Origin: Takakia lepidozioides | Lineage: Eukaryota; Plantae; Bryophyta | Direction: 5' to 3' | DNA: 64,000 nt | Assembly (NCBI GenBank): GCA_030704615.1 | Contig: CM060734.1 | Coordinates: 42,222,001 to 42,286,000 of the forward strand | In this document: positions 12,379-23,600 of the stretch, piece after piece | How the letters are laid out: each line of letters begins with the position of its first letter | Position numbering within the stretch: the first letter of the stretch is position 1 | Notes under the pieces: model-generated | Told to the model about the DNA's origin: nothing | The model's database searches: none | The model's input: only the letters and a program-made list of their open reading frames with translations | Translations under genes and position numbers: made by a program

Positions 12379-12659
12379 TTTTGTAACTACACATACACCA
12401 CTATTCCCAAGGCCCCCCTAAATTTAGAGTACATTGCCTGCGATGATGAGCATGTACAGTGACATCATTTAGAAATATGGCATTAATATCTATCAATCAC
12501 AATGGAGTTTCACCCTCAAGTACAGAAGCATGTCATAGCACACAATGGGACATCTTCATCACAACTCAGGAATCAGACCTCTTGACACTGGCAGAGGCGA
12601 CAGGTTTGCATGAGAGCAAAAGTTGGAGGACAGACAACATAATTTAGAATTACTAATCT

Positions 12660-13090
12660 ATGCACTTGAGAGCCAACTCACCATGCACCTCTTTGCCCTT
12701 TTCCAGGGCTGCCAGGCTTGCACAAGCATTGTGAACGCATACAAACCTGATGTGGTTGCGCTTCACCTCTTCCCCCATCATTTGTTCATAGGCCTCCAAG
12801 GCCTCCGTCCCGTGCCCCTGCTGTGCATATCCTGCAAGCATGGCATTCCATGACACCAAATCTCATTCAGTTCAATATTGTTCACTCAACCAGCTAACTT
12901 GCAAAGTTCAACATGGAAATTTAGGGCTGATTCTAGGGCTGCCAGGCTTGCAACAAGCATTGCGAACGCACACAAACGTGATGTGGTTGCACTTCACCTC
13001 TTCCCCCATCATTTGCTCATAGGCCTCCAAGGCCTCCGTCTCGTGCCCCTACTGTGCATATCCTGTAAGCATGGCGTTCCATGACACCAA
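12660..13090 (-). pseudogene. Duplicated PLS-PPR fragments interleaved with PDF-linker pieces
   Basis: VSWNAMLAGYAQQG..EALEAYEQM occurs twice as a ~230-bp duplication. Confidence 0.8.
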
Positions 13091-13209
13091 ATCTCATTCA
13101 GTTCAATATTGTTCACTCAACCAGCTAACTTGCAAAATTCAACATGGAAATTTAGAGCTGATTCTGATAAGAGGTAGAAACAGGGTGAAATGTGTTGAAG
13201 AAGACATTA

Positions 13210-14760
13210 GCAGTGCCGGATTTTATCAATTGTGCCGCTGCTGCTGCTGCTTCAAGTTGTAGCTATCCTTCCACAGGGAGTCATAGGTAATCTGGAGCTT
13301 GAAATCCGGACCTCTTGGATGAATCTGGACCCACACTCTATCATTGCTCCTTCAGCTATCCATGCCCTGCACAAATTATGCATACATCTTTGCCTTGCTG
13401 CTAGCAGCTGACAATGACAACCTAGATTTGTTCTGGGAAACACCCAATCACACTAGTTCTTATGTTGAATTGCGTTTGCTACTCTCTGACACCCCGTTCC
13501 GGACCCCCCTGCACCCAGACCAGTCCGAAGCCTCCTGACCACTCTGATCAGAGAAGCAAATAAACAAGCGGCAGCCTCCATCAGCCATACCAAAGTATAC
13601 ATCCAAAAATGGACTCCATCCAATGTACTGCACCATAAACTCTCCAATCATTTCTGGCTAACCAAAGCCACCACCGACACACAAATCCGACAAACACTCA
13701 AATTCCGATATGCCCAATACATGGGCCACCAGCGCAAACACATTTTCTGGCCACATCTGTTCCCATCCCCATACTACCCGTTATGTGCAACCACCCACCA
13801 AGCTCGTGACACTTGGCCACATCTCCTCAGCCAATGTACGCACCTACCTATACATGGCTTGCATATCACGCGTCATAACTAGGCAGTCTGGCACCTCCAC
13901 AAGCTCTTTCTAAAACATGCTGAAACCCGTTGGTTCTCGCTCATGAATGCAGGCACCTACCAGGGACGGCCACCCGACCACACAGTACCACGTGGCTACT
14001 ACCATGCAGATGTACCCGATCACCATGCTCATGCCCCGCTCGACTTTGCCCGGACATACTCCTCGTCCAAGGTCTACCTTTCAACACTTTACCACCTCAT
14101 CATCCCCACAACTCACCATCTATTTCATTGAATTCATTTGCCATGATTGTTATCCAAACGATTCAATCTTAGAAAAACGTCAAAAATATGCCTCGCTTAT
14201 CCTTGCACTTCGAAGGCGTGGCTGGAAAACCGGCCCATTAACTGTCATCACAGCCGACACTCGAGGTGACATTCATAACGCCAGTATCACGGACATACAC
14301 GATAACTTCCAAATTCCCATTGTTCCCATCCACAAATGTTTCAAAGAAATCCATCTCACGGCACTCCATTTACTCACAGCTATTATCACCAACAAACGCC
14401 AACTGGAATCCGGCACTTCAAACACACCTTAGGTCCCCCAGGATACCCCTGGGTACCCAGGGGTACGCGCCCCCTCTATTCTTAGCGGTCATCTGGTGTC
14501 CCCCTGGACATTTTTTTGTTATAGGGACCACCCCCGAAAGGGGACAGTAGCCGCAAGGCGAAGTGGCTCTTATACGCCGGCCTCGGCCGGAATCTTCTCT
14601 CTCTGCTACTCTCTGTAATCTTACAGGCATTCAACGTTTTGCCTCGGTTGTCCCTCCATTGACTGGGGTCACAAAAGTATCCATTCCACAGCTTCTCCTC
14701 ATCTCTGTTTTTGGATACTTTCCTGTTGTCACATTGGCAGTATCATGTCAAAGTCACTCC
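13210..14760 (-). pseudogene. PDF-motif exon-intron-exon fragment; the intron carries the RLE retrotransposon
   Basis: DEEKLWNGYFCDPSQWRDNRGK at ~14700-14640, then intron, then GTCCAG|IHPRGPDFKLQITYDSLW..AAAAAQLIKSG at ~13324-13213. Confidence 0.8.
13489..14603 (+). mobile_element. 5'-truncated non-LTR retrotransposon with restriction-like endonuclease (RLE; Dualen/RandI-like)
   Basis: LKFRYAQYMG..PLC..DTWPHLLSQC..ITRHN knuckle; RLCPDILL; FIEF.CHD; EKRQKYASL. TSD TGCTACTCTCTG at 13477-13488 and 14604-14615. Empty homologous site near 24205. (CT)n tail. Confidence 0.8.
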
Positions 14761-15650
14761 AAATGCAATCCTTCAAAAAGTTGCACGACCTCCCTATGAC
14801 AACCATGTTGGGCATATCCTGCAATCATCGCGTTCCACGACACCACATTTTGTTCAGCCATATTGTCAAATACTCCATTTGCATCCTCAATGCATCCACA
14901 TTTCACATACATGTTTACCAGGGCAGTGTCCAGAATGACATTTGGTACAATTCCAGCTTTGATGATGTCACCATGCACCTCTTTGTCCTTTTCCAGGGCT
15001 GCCAGGCTTGCACAAGCATTGCAAACGCACACAAACGTGATGTGGTTGCACTTCATCCCTTCCCCCATCATTTGCTCATAGGTCTCCATCCCGCGCCCCT
15101 GCTGTGCATATCTAGCAAGCATGGCGTTCCATGACACCATATTGTTGAACACTCCCTCCGCATCCTCAGATTGCAGCCAATCCCTCTTTTGAAATGAAAA
15201 AAGGTTCCGCAGCATCCACCATGTAGGTTCAGTATCACATCCTCAGTATCTTCCATCATCTCTGAATGGGGATAAGGGCCAACTGCAGGATAAGTATTTG
15301 CCAGCATTTTAGAGAAGTACCATTGCATGTCACATCCATTCAAAGGTTTATCAACACCAAAGCCGTGCTGTAGTTACATACAAGGCGGTATTGATGTTGG
15401 TACACCAAGGGGTGTGAGGATGGGCCTTTGCATCCTGGATGCTCCCGCATTTGACATACATGTCCACCAGGGTGTTGTTCAGAATGACATCTGCCAATTC
15501 CCGCTTTGATGATGTTACCATGGACCTCTTTGCCTTTTTTCATGGCTGCAAATGCAAACAAACCTGGTCCGGTTAGTTTTCAACCCTTCCCGCATATTTG
15601 CTCATAGGTCCCAAAAGCCTCCATCCCACACCCATGTTGCGCATAGAGAG
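14760..15650 (-). pseudogene. PLS-PPR pseudogene fragments
   Basis: P-L-S-P2 motifs in ORF 14754-15215 and frameshifted motifs at 15340-15650. Confidence 0.85.
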
Positions 15651-15709
15651 GACTGCCCTTGAGAAAAACGTGTACAACGACCCCCCATAGTAGCCTTTCT
15701 GGTCATTGC

Positions 15710-16500
15710 CCTAAACCAAACCAAACAGTACCCCAACCCTACTTATTACAGTAGATCCTATTCTGAATTGCATCTGCTTCTCTTTGTAGTCCAACAAGCA
15801 TTCACATTTTTGTTTCCATTGTCCCACCATCGACTGGGGTCGGAAAAGTGTTCATTCCAAAACTTCTCATCATCTCTATTATCTGTTTTTGGATATTTTC
15901 CTGTTGCCATATCGGCTGTAACTTGTCAAAGTCACTCCAACCACCACAGATCCACCCAACGAACTAACTTACATAATTCAATATGCAAATTCAGGGCCGA
16001 GTCTGATGAGAGGGCAAAACAGGTTGAAATAGGTCGAAGAAGAAGGTGCTCTCCCAACATTGTCCTTACCTTGTGTCATGATGCAGGGAGGATTTGACCA
16101 ACCATCAACCCAAAAGGACCTCTTGTGTGTGCTAGTTGTATCTGTAGTCAGGTAATGTCGGATTGGTCTGTGAGAACCACCACGGTGCAGCTAAGCAGGC
16201 AAAGATTCACGGCTTGGTAAGATCAAGCTGACTCTCACAAGAACCTTGTAAATATCAAGAAGAATACCAAATCATGGTACTAATAGGAGCCAAGAGCCTA
16301 AATTTGCAGGATGGACAAATTTCTTCACATTATACAGTCTCCAATGCCTCCATCCCACATCCATGCTGGGCAAACCCTGAGATCATCACTTTCCAAGAGA
16401 CTAAATTTTGCTCAGCGATACTGTCGAACACTCCCTTTGCATCAACTAAAATCCGGCCCTCTTGGATGAATCTGAACGTATTCATTCCAGAGCTTCTCCT
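15710..16500 (-). pseudogene. PDF-gene fragment, inverted paralog of 10840-11250, plus short PPR piece
   Basis: Reverse complement matches 10840-11250 (intron, PDYR..WVDG exon, linker). DEEKFWNEHFSDPSRWWDN at ~15870-15820. Confidence 0.75.
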
Positions 16501-18959
16501 CGTCTCTGTTATCTGTGAAAAAGGTTGTGCAGCATCCACCATGTAGGATCTCCCTCTGACATTGGTGTGTGAAACCTCTCCGCGCTCAAGCATCCGCCAT
16601 GAGAACCCACTTGAGATATTGCATAAACAATCGAAGAATTGAGCCATTTCCAAAACAACATTAAATTAAAAATGGTGTAGTGTGCTTGGTGCTGGTTTGC
16701 TGTTGTGTGGGATCCAGCCTGATGTTGGGAGTGCCATAGGTGTGTGCGTCGGTATTTGTTGTTTCCTTCGAGGCTCAGTGTCGGGATGTTATGGAGGGCT
16801 TGGGTTTCTCGATTTTTCTGGATGTTTTTTTTCCTTTCCTTATTTCGGGAGGGCGATCAGTGCAGCTACATGGGGTGGTTATTTGATGTGATGTCTGATG
16901 CTTGGGGAGGGACGGAGCGGTGTCTGCATACCGGGCAGAAGAGGGGGTTCAACCCTCACTTCTTGGGCATAGATAGGGGTACCCCTATGTTATACTTTTG
17001 CATTGTTCCTCATGTTTTCTGCATAGTATATATATCAAAAGAATCACTGTATGCGTGGGGATGACCCGCCCCTTTTTGTGCCAATTGAACGTAGTTCTCA
17101 GAATTCGTCACTAGTAGTGCGGAGCAACGCGAAGCCTTAGATGTATATTACTGTTTAATATTACATTAATCTCAAGAATTGTGGACTAGCCTAGTGGTAT
17201 GGAGTTGGTTGTGGTGTGTAGGTGGTCTCAAGCTCAAATTTGTATTGCGATATATACTTATTTTCAAAGTTTTTGAAAAATTCAAGACACCATGAGATTT
17301 GAACCCACGATGAGAGTCGTGACAATGGTGACCCTTACCACTACGCTACCCTCCTAATCATGCTAATCTTCCTGCTGTAGACTTATATCTAAGGTGTTGC
17401 TTACCCCCTCTTTATATGTATAATGTTGTACATGGGGGTTTAAAAATATCCCCTCCTGTGCACGCACGTGGCTGGTACAGGTTGGCTGGGGTGCACCCCC
17501 CAGGGTTACAACCAATAGATGGGATTTCTTCAATGACCGGTTCATCTAAGTTTTCAACCCACCTTTCTTTCTCTATCATTATAACGTCTTCATATTCATG
17601 ATCTGGTATCAATTCCCAAGTCGTTCCTATCAAAGTTGATCTAACAGTCTTTCATAAAATGCGGATACATATGCAAATAAACCACATGCAATGTTGCATG
17701 ATCCATCCACTATCTTTCACACCATTACCCATGATGCAAAGAAAACCTTTTGCTTAATCCAGATTTGACGTGTTGCCGCAATGGACAAAATAAATAGAGC
17801 ACAAAGTGATGCTAGTCAACCACACTGTGCCCTTGAAATCAAAGCTATGACTGATACTGGAGCTCAAGACCAGTTTTTTATAAAAACAATAAAGTTTGAG
17901 ATTCTCATGACATACCTTGTCATCGTAGCTTATTTAACGCATGCTTCATCTCAAAGGAAGTCACAGCGTTAGTACTCAAAAGAAAATAAACAAGGCGTAC
18001 TACACTGGGGTATCCATCCTCACTAGTGTATGGCAACTAGAAATAAAAATGAAGCAACATCATATGGAAAACGTAAAGTAGTACATAAGCAAAAACATAA
18101 GAGAGAACAAAGATGAGGACGGATATCGATCCTTCATCCATTCAAACTTCGGGGATTCCTGACTATTTACTCACCTCCCAGACGCACCATTTATATGACG
18201 AGCCCTGGACGCACGCGGCTAGGGTGACGACATACTAGCTAGGAGGGGTCATGGTGAGTCGCGGTGTTGGTTGGGCTCGAAGAACCGCCCACCTGGCTGC
18301 GGTTAGTGTAGGGGATCTGTGGCATGCCAGTGGCGGTTTCTGTGCGATAACTAATCCTATCGGCAAAGAAGAGCTTAAATCTCCCCTTCGCAAGGCAAGT
18401 TTGCATTCCTAGATCCTACGGTCTTCTTAAGGTTTTTAAAATTGAATTGCCTTCCAAGTCTGAGCCCAAGCTTCCAAGGCGCTTATAGCCGGGATTGTTA
18501 TCTATTCACAAAATGTCTCCTAGGCCGGGGGAAGCGAGGTAAATACCTCCGCTCAATGCCCCTCCAATGCTGCAGATATCTGTCTTTAAACTATCCTAGG
18601 GGAAGGGGCCCAGATCCTCCCTCTAAACTTGCCTTCAATTTGAGGGAGTCTGGAACGATGCGACCGTCAACGGCTCGTTTTGGCCTATTAATCGGGCATA
18701 ACTAACATATTGTTAAACCAGAGCTCCCAATGCGCTTATAGCCGGGATAATTTTATCCCTTCACAAAACGTCTCCTGAGCTACCGGGGATCAAGGGTCAA
18801 TACCCCCGTCCGTCGCCCCTCATCAGCCAGGTATTTGCCTTCAAATAACCTCGGGAGGATGGGGCCAAAAGCCTCCCTTTAAACTTGTCAATGTTGTAAT
18901 GCACTCCATCCCCCTGATACCGGGACCTATACCACGACGACACCAAGAGAGGAGGGTTT

Positions 18960-19821
18960 AACCCTAATTTGGAACCGCAGCTTTCATTTATGAATACATC
19001 ATCTCCAGGGAGATTGTAGACCGAGGATCCCACTTTATTAATGATGTCAACGAAGACAACCAGCATGTAGCCCAGTGGTAAGGGCACATACCCTCTCACG
19101 AGTGGTTATGGGTTCAATCCACTTGTTGGAAGTCATTACGGTGTCCACCTTCCCACCGGAAGGCAGTAGCCCTATGGGATCAATTGACACCATAAGTTAC
19201 GCTTGCTTCGGCAACGCGTCCACCTTTGATGTCAACGAAGAAATTATGATGGCATCTTTTTCCATCAAGCATCGCAAGGCTATTCCTTATCATCCGCAAA
19301 CTAGTGGGCATGTGAGCGTGCCAATCAAACATCATGCGACATCTTATCAAAGACGATTCAAGAGCACAAACGGGATTGGAACACGAAATTGATTTCGGCC
19401 TTATGGGCATTTCGCACGACTCATAAGGTAACGACTCAACACACCCCTTTTCACTGGTATACGGGGTGGAATCCATTATGCGTGGAGAGGTTAGCAACAT
19501 CAGAGTCCTTGAAGGAATATGTTGGAAGGATTGGACGAGCATCGACAGTCAGCCGCTCAGCACATAGAAGCAGTGCAGCGAAGAATGAAGGCTCGGTTTG
19601 ACTTGAAGCGCAAAAAGAGGATTTTTGACCCTTGTGATTTGGTGTTGCTCTTGGACAGCCGAAATGAGGAATTCAAACCTGAGTTTGATTCATATTGGAT
19701 GGGGTCGTATGTAGTCAAGACTGTATTTGACAACGGCTCATTGCAGTTGGAGACATTGAGGGGAGTGGACTTCTCCAACTTGCAGGTAATTGGCATCCGG
19801 TGCAAACACTGTTACATGTAA
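18960..19821 (+). mobile_element. Ty3/gypsy integrase fragment (non-chromovirus type)
   Basis: GSHFINDV..IKHRKAIPYHPQTSG; LWAFRTTHKVTTQHTPF; MKARFD..FDPCDLVLL..WMGSYVV. Upstream ~255-bp tandem duplication at ~18470-18900. Confidence 0.85.
19055..19226 (+). mobile_element. tRNA-derived SINE, copy 1
   Basis: A box TAGCCCAGTGGTAA, B box GGTTCAATCC. TSD TGATGTCAACGAAGA (19042-19056, 19227-19241) interrupts the integrase frame. Confidence 0.85.
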
Positions 19822-20689
19822 GGTACGCACTTGTCTGCACTCATTCTAGCGACGACCAAAGGTCGGAAGCTAGCTTAGCGTAGAGCAGGAATAGGGTGCC
19901 ATAGTGCCTCGTCATCGTCGCCACGTTTCGTAGCCACGTCATCAACGTCAATTTTTTTGCACCTTGCCCGGATTGCCCGAAAATAACCGGGAGATGTGCG
20001 CGGGGAAGGGAGGATGATGCGCCCACGTGTTGCGTATCGGGAATGTGCAGGATTTAATCCGAATGCTATATCCGTGGCATAAGACGAATTCTGAGAACTA
20101 CGTTCAATTTTTCACAAAAAATGGTGGGTCATCCCCATGGTGTTACATGCAAAAGATCCCATGTTTTGTTTATTTCTAGAAGAAAAATGGAGGATCTGCA
20201 TTTCAATGTTCATTTTCACAAAAAAAAGGTATGTCATCCCCATGGTGTTACATACATACATCCTATATTTCATTGTTTTTTGCAAGAAAAATTATAAACA
20301 TTTCATTGTCAGCTCTCCCAGTGGTTCAGAGTCTTCCCTTGTTTGATGAGAGGTAGGGCCTACTCGAGGATGCTCTTGAAAAAAGAGTGAAAATTATTGT
20401 CATATGCAAAAGTTAGTGGGATCCATCTGAGCCTGGTAAGCAGTGAAGGGTTAACAGGTTAACTAGATACGTGCTTTTATATTTTACCAATATAATCCAT
20501 TTTTTTCACTTATTTTGTTTTATCTCTCCACAAAATATTTTATGCTAAATACATTCCGAGTTATATTAAAAACTCTTACCCAACAGTCAATAGCTCAGGC
20601 AGGGACTGTGAGCAGTAGAATCCCCAGTGTTCAGCCACCCTCCGTTAATGATTTTTGTTGAATCTGTCAAACCCTCATCTGATCCTCCA

Positions 20690-23600
20690 GCCCTCTCTGG
20701 CATGATGGTCAAGACTCTCAGGAAATGGCACATACCCTACCTCCTTCATCTGCCCAACCAATCTTCTCAGCTCAGCATGGATTTTCTTTAATTCTGGGAT
20801 GCAACTTGTCATCATGACAAACGTGTGCATCCTGGGTGAATGCAGGGTTGATTGGACCAAAATGGACGTTAGCAACACAGTTTTAGATGGCTGCAATTGA
20901 TGGTGTCATCAATTGAAATTGAATTAACTCATTAAAACCAGTAAATATATATGTCATTGGATTCCTAGCTTCAATACGCACCCATTGCAACTCTCCAATC
21001 ATGAATCCGATAAGAAATGACTCCGCTATGGACTTTTGAACACCGTCATTGTGGACTGTTACCGCAATGAATGGAATTACAATGGACTCAAGTTCTCCTA
21101 TGTGCCATTGGTGAATTCCATTGAAATTTGGACATAAGGTGGCCATTTTGGTCCACATCATAGGTATGTATTTGAAGTAGCAAAATCATTTGTCATTTGA
21201 CTCATATGGACTAATATATGTAAAACAAATAGGCGTTTTTTGAAAAGTCCATAGCTCATCTTGTTTTTTGGATTTTGGGTGTCATTTTTTTTTCTAGAAG
21301 TATAAAAACCTATAATCTTCAATGGCTAGGTGTCATATTGAAATGTTTTTGTAAACTCTAATTTTTAGTTTTGCATAATTTCTCTAAATAATAGACTAAA
21401 ATATTTAATGAATTATATCTTTAATATTTGGGGTAGGACTCTTTACTAAATATGTTCAGTATACCGTTATCTATCATTAAAAAAATATTTTGGGATAGTA
21501 TCATCAACTTTGTTTTTTTGGTCATGGACTTTTATGGAGCAGGATCTGCCGTTTTTGGTCCACTCAACCCTGCAACTGCCCCCCTGTTGTCAACCTCAAT
21601 GCAGCAGCGACCTGGCTCTTTTCTAACCCCTCTGATCTTCATCATTCTTATCACCTTTGCAGTATCATCCCACCTGCCAGCTGCAGCATAGATGTTTGAT
21701 AGCAACACATATTGCATCATGTTCATCCCACTTGAGGATAGATGTTGCCGCACGTTCAGCCATCTCCACATTGCCATGGATTCTGCAAGCACCAAGCAAG
21801 GCCTTCCACACCACAAACATCTGGATTGATTGACATCTTATTAATCAGATCCACTGCCTCATCCAGTTGTCCAAGAAGGTCCACCATACAGCCAAAGTGC
21901 TTTACTGTCGGAGTGACACCATGATCTTGATTTCCTTCAATTAGTAGGCGAGTGTGGCTGCATACAGAGAGAACACTTATAAAGGTGGGACTGTCTGGCT
22001 TCAAGCCATTCTTTTGCATTCCTTCAAATAGTTGCAAGACCTCCCTATGACAACCATGCTGGGCATATCCTGCGATCATCGTATTCCTCGACACCACATT
22101 TCGATCAGCGATATTGTCGACACTCCCTTCGCATTCTCAATGCACCCACATTTGGCATACATGTCCACCAAGGCAGTGTACAATTCCAGCTTTGACGATG
22201 TCAACATTGACCTCTTTGCCCTTTTCCAGGGCTGCCAGGCTTGCACAGACATTGCAAACAGAAACAAACGTGATGTGGTCGGGGTTCTCCCCTTCCCCCA
22301 TCATTTGCTATAGGTCTCCAAAGCCTCCATCCCGCGCCCTTGCTGTGCATACCCTGCAATCATCGCACTCCACGACACCAAATCTCATTCAGCCATACTG
22401 TCAAACACTCCCTCCACATCCTCGATGCACCCACATTTTGCATACATGTTCACGAGGGTATTGTTGAGAATCACATCTGGCACAATTCCTGCTTTTGCGA
22501 TGCAACCATGCACCTCTTTGCCCTTTTCCAGGGCTGCCAGGCTTGCAAACGCACAGACGTGATGTGGTCGGGCTTCACCCCTTCCACCATCATTTGCTCA
22601 TAGGTCTGCAAAGCCTCTATCCTGCACCCCTGCAAGCATACCCTGCAAGCATTGCGTTCCACAACACCACATTTCATTCAGCCATATTGTTGAACACTGC
22701 CTTCACATCCTCAATGCTCCCACATTTGGCATACATGTCCCACGAGGGCATTGTTCAGAATGACATCGGGTACAATTCCAGCTCTAACAATGTCGCCATG
22801 GGCCTCTTTGCCCTTTTCCAGAGCTGCCAGGCTTGCACATGCATTGGAAACACACACAAACGTGATGTGGTTGGGCTTCACCCCTTCCCCCATCATTTGC
22901 TCATAGGTCTCTAAAGCCTCCACCCCACGTCCCTGCTGTGCATACCCAGCAAGCATCGCGCTCCACGACATCACATCTCGTTCAGCCATATTGTTGAAAA
23001 CTGCCTTTGCATCCTTAATACACCCACATTTGGCATACATGTCCACCAAGGCAGTGTTCAGAATGACATCTAGTACAATTCCAGCTTTGCCGATGTCATC
23101 GTGGATCTCTTTCTCCTTTTCCAGGGCTCCCAGGCTTGCACACGCATTCCAAACACAAATGAATGTGATGTGGTTGGGCTTCACCCTTTCGTGCATCATT
23201 TGCTCATAGGTCTCCAAAGCATTTGTACCACACCCATGCTTGGTAGATCCTCATCTCTGTTATCTGTTTTTTGATACTTTCGTGCTGCCACATCGGCAGT
23301 TACTTGTCAAAGTCATTCCAAACCACCACAGATCCACCCAATGAGCTAACTTATATAATTCAGGGCTGAGTCTGATGAGAGGGCAAAACAGGCTGAAATA
23401 GGTCGACGAAGAAGGTGCCATCACCACATTGTCCTTGACAATTCAGTATGCGTCTTAGGGCCGAGTCTGATGAGAGGGCAAAACAGGCTGAAATAGGTCG
23501 AAGACGAAGGTGCCCTCGCCACATTGGCCTTGACCTTGTGGCACGACCCATGGAGGATTTGACCACCCATGCTTGGTAAATCCTGCCAACATTATATTCC

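Larger units (their letters stand above)
17056..20137. mobile_element. Segment bounded by a 54-bp inverted repeat, containing nested TE debris
   Basis: TGGGGATGACCC...TTGAACGTAGTTCTCAGAATTCGTC (17056-17109) is inverted at 20083-20137. No clear TSD. Confidence 0.5.

Noticed and set aside
19057-19125. tRNA gene
   Set aside because: A and B boxes are present but there is no cloverleaf; the TSD and second copy identify a SINE.
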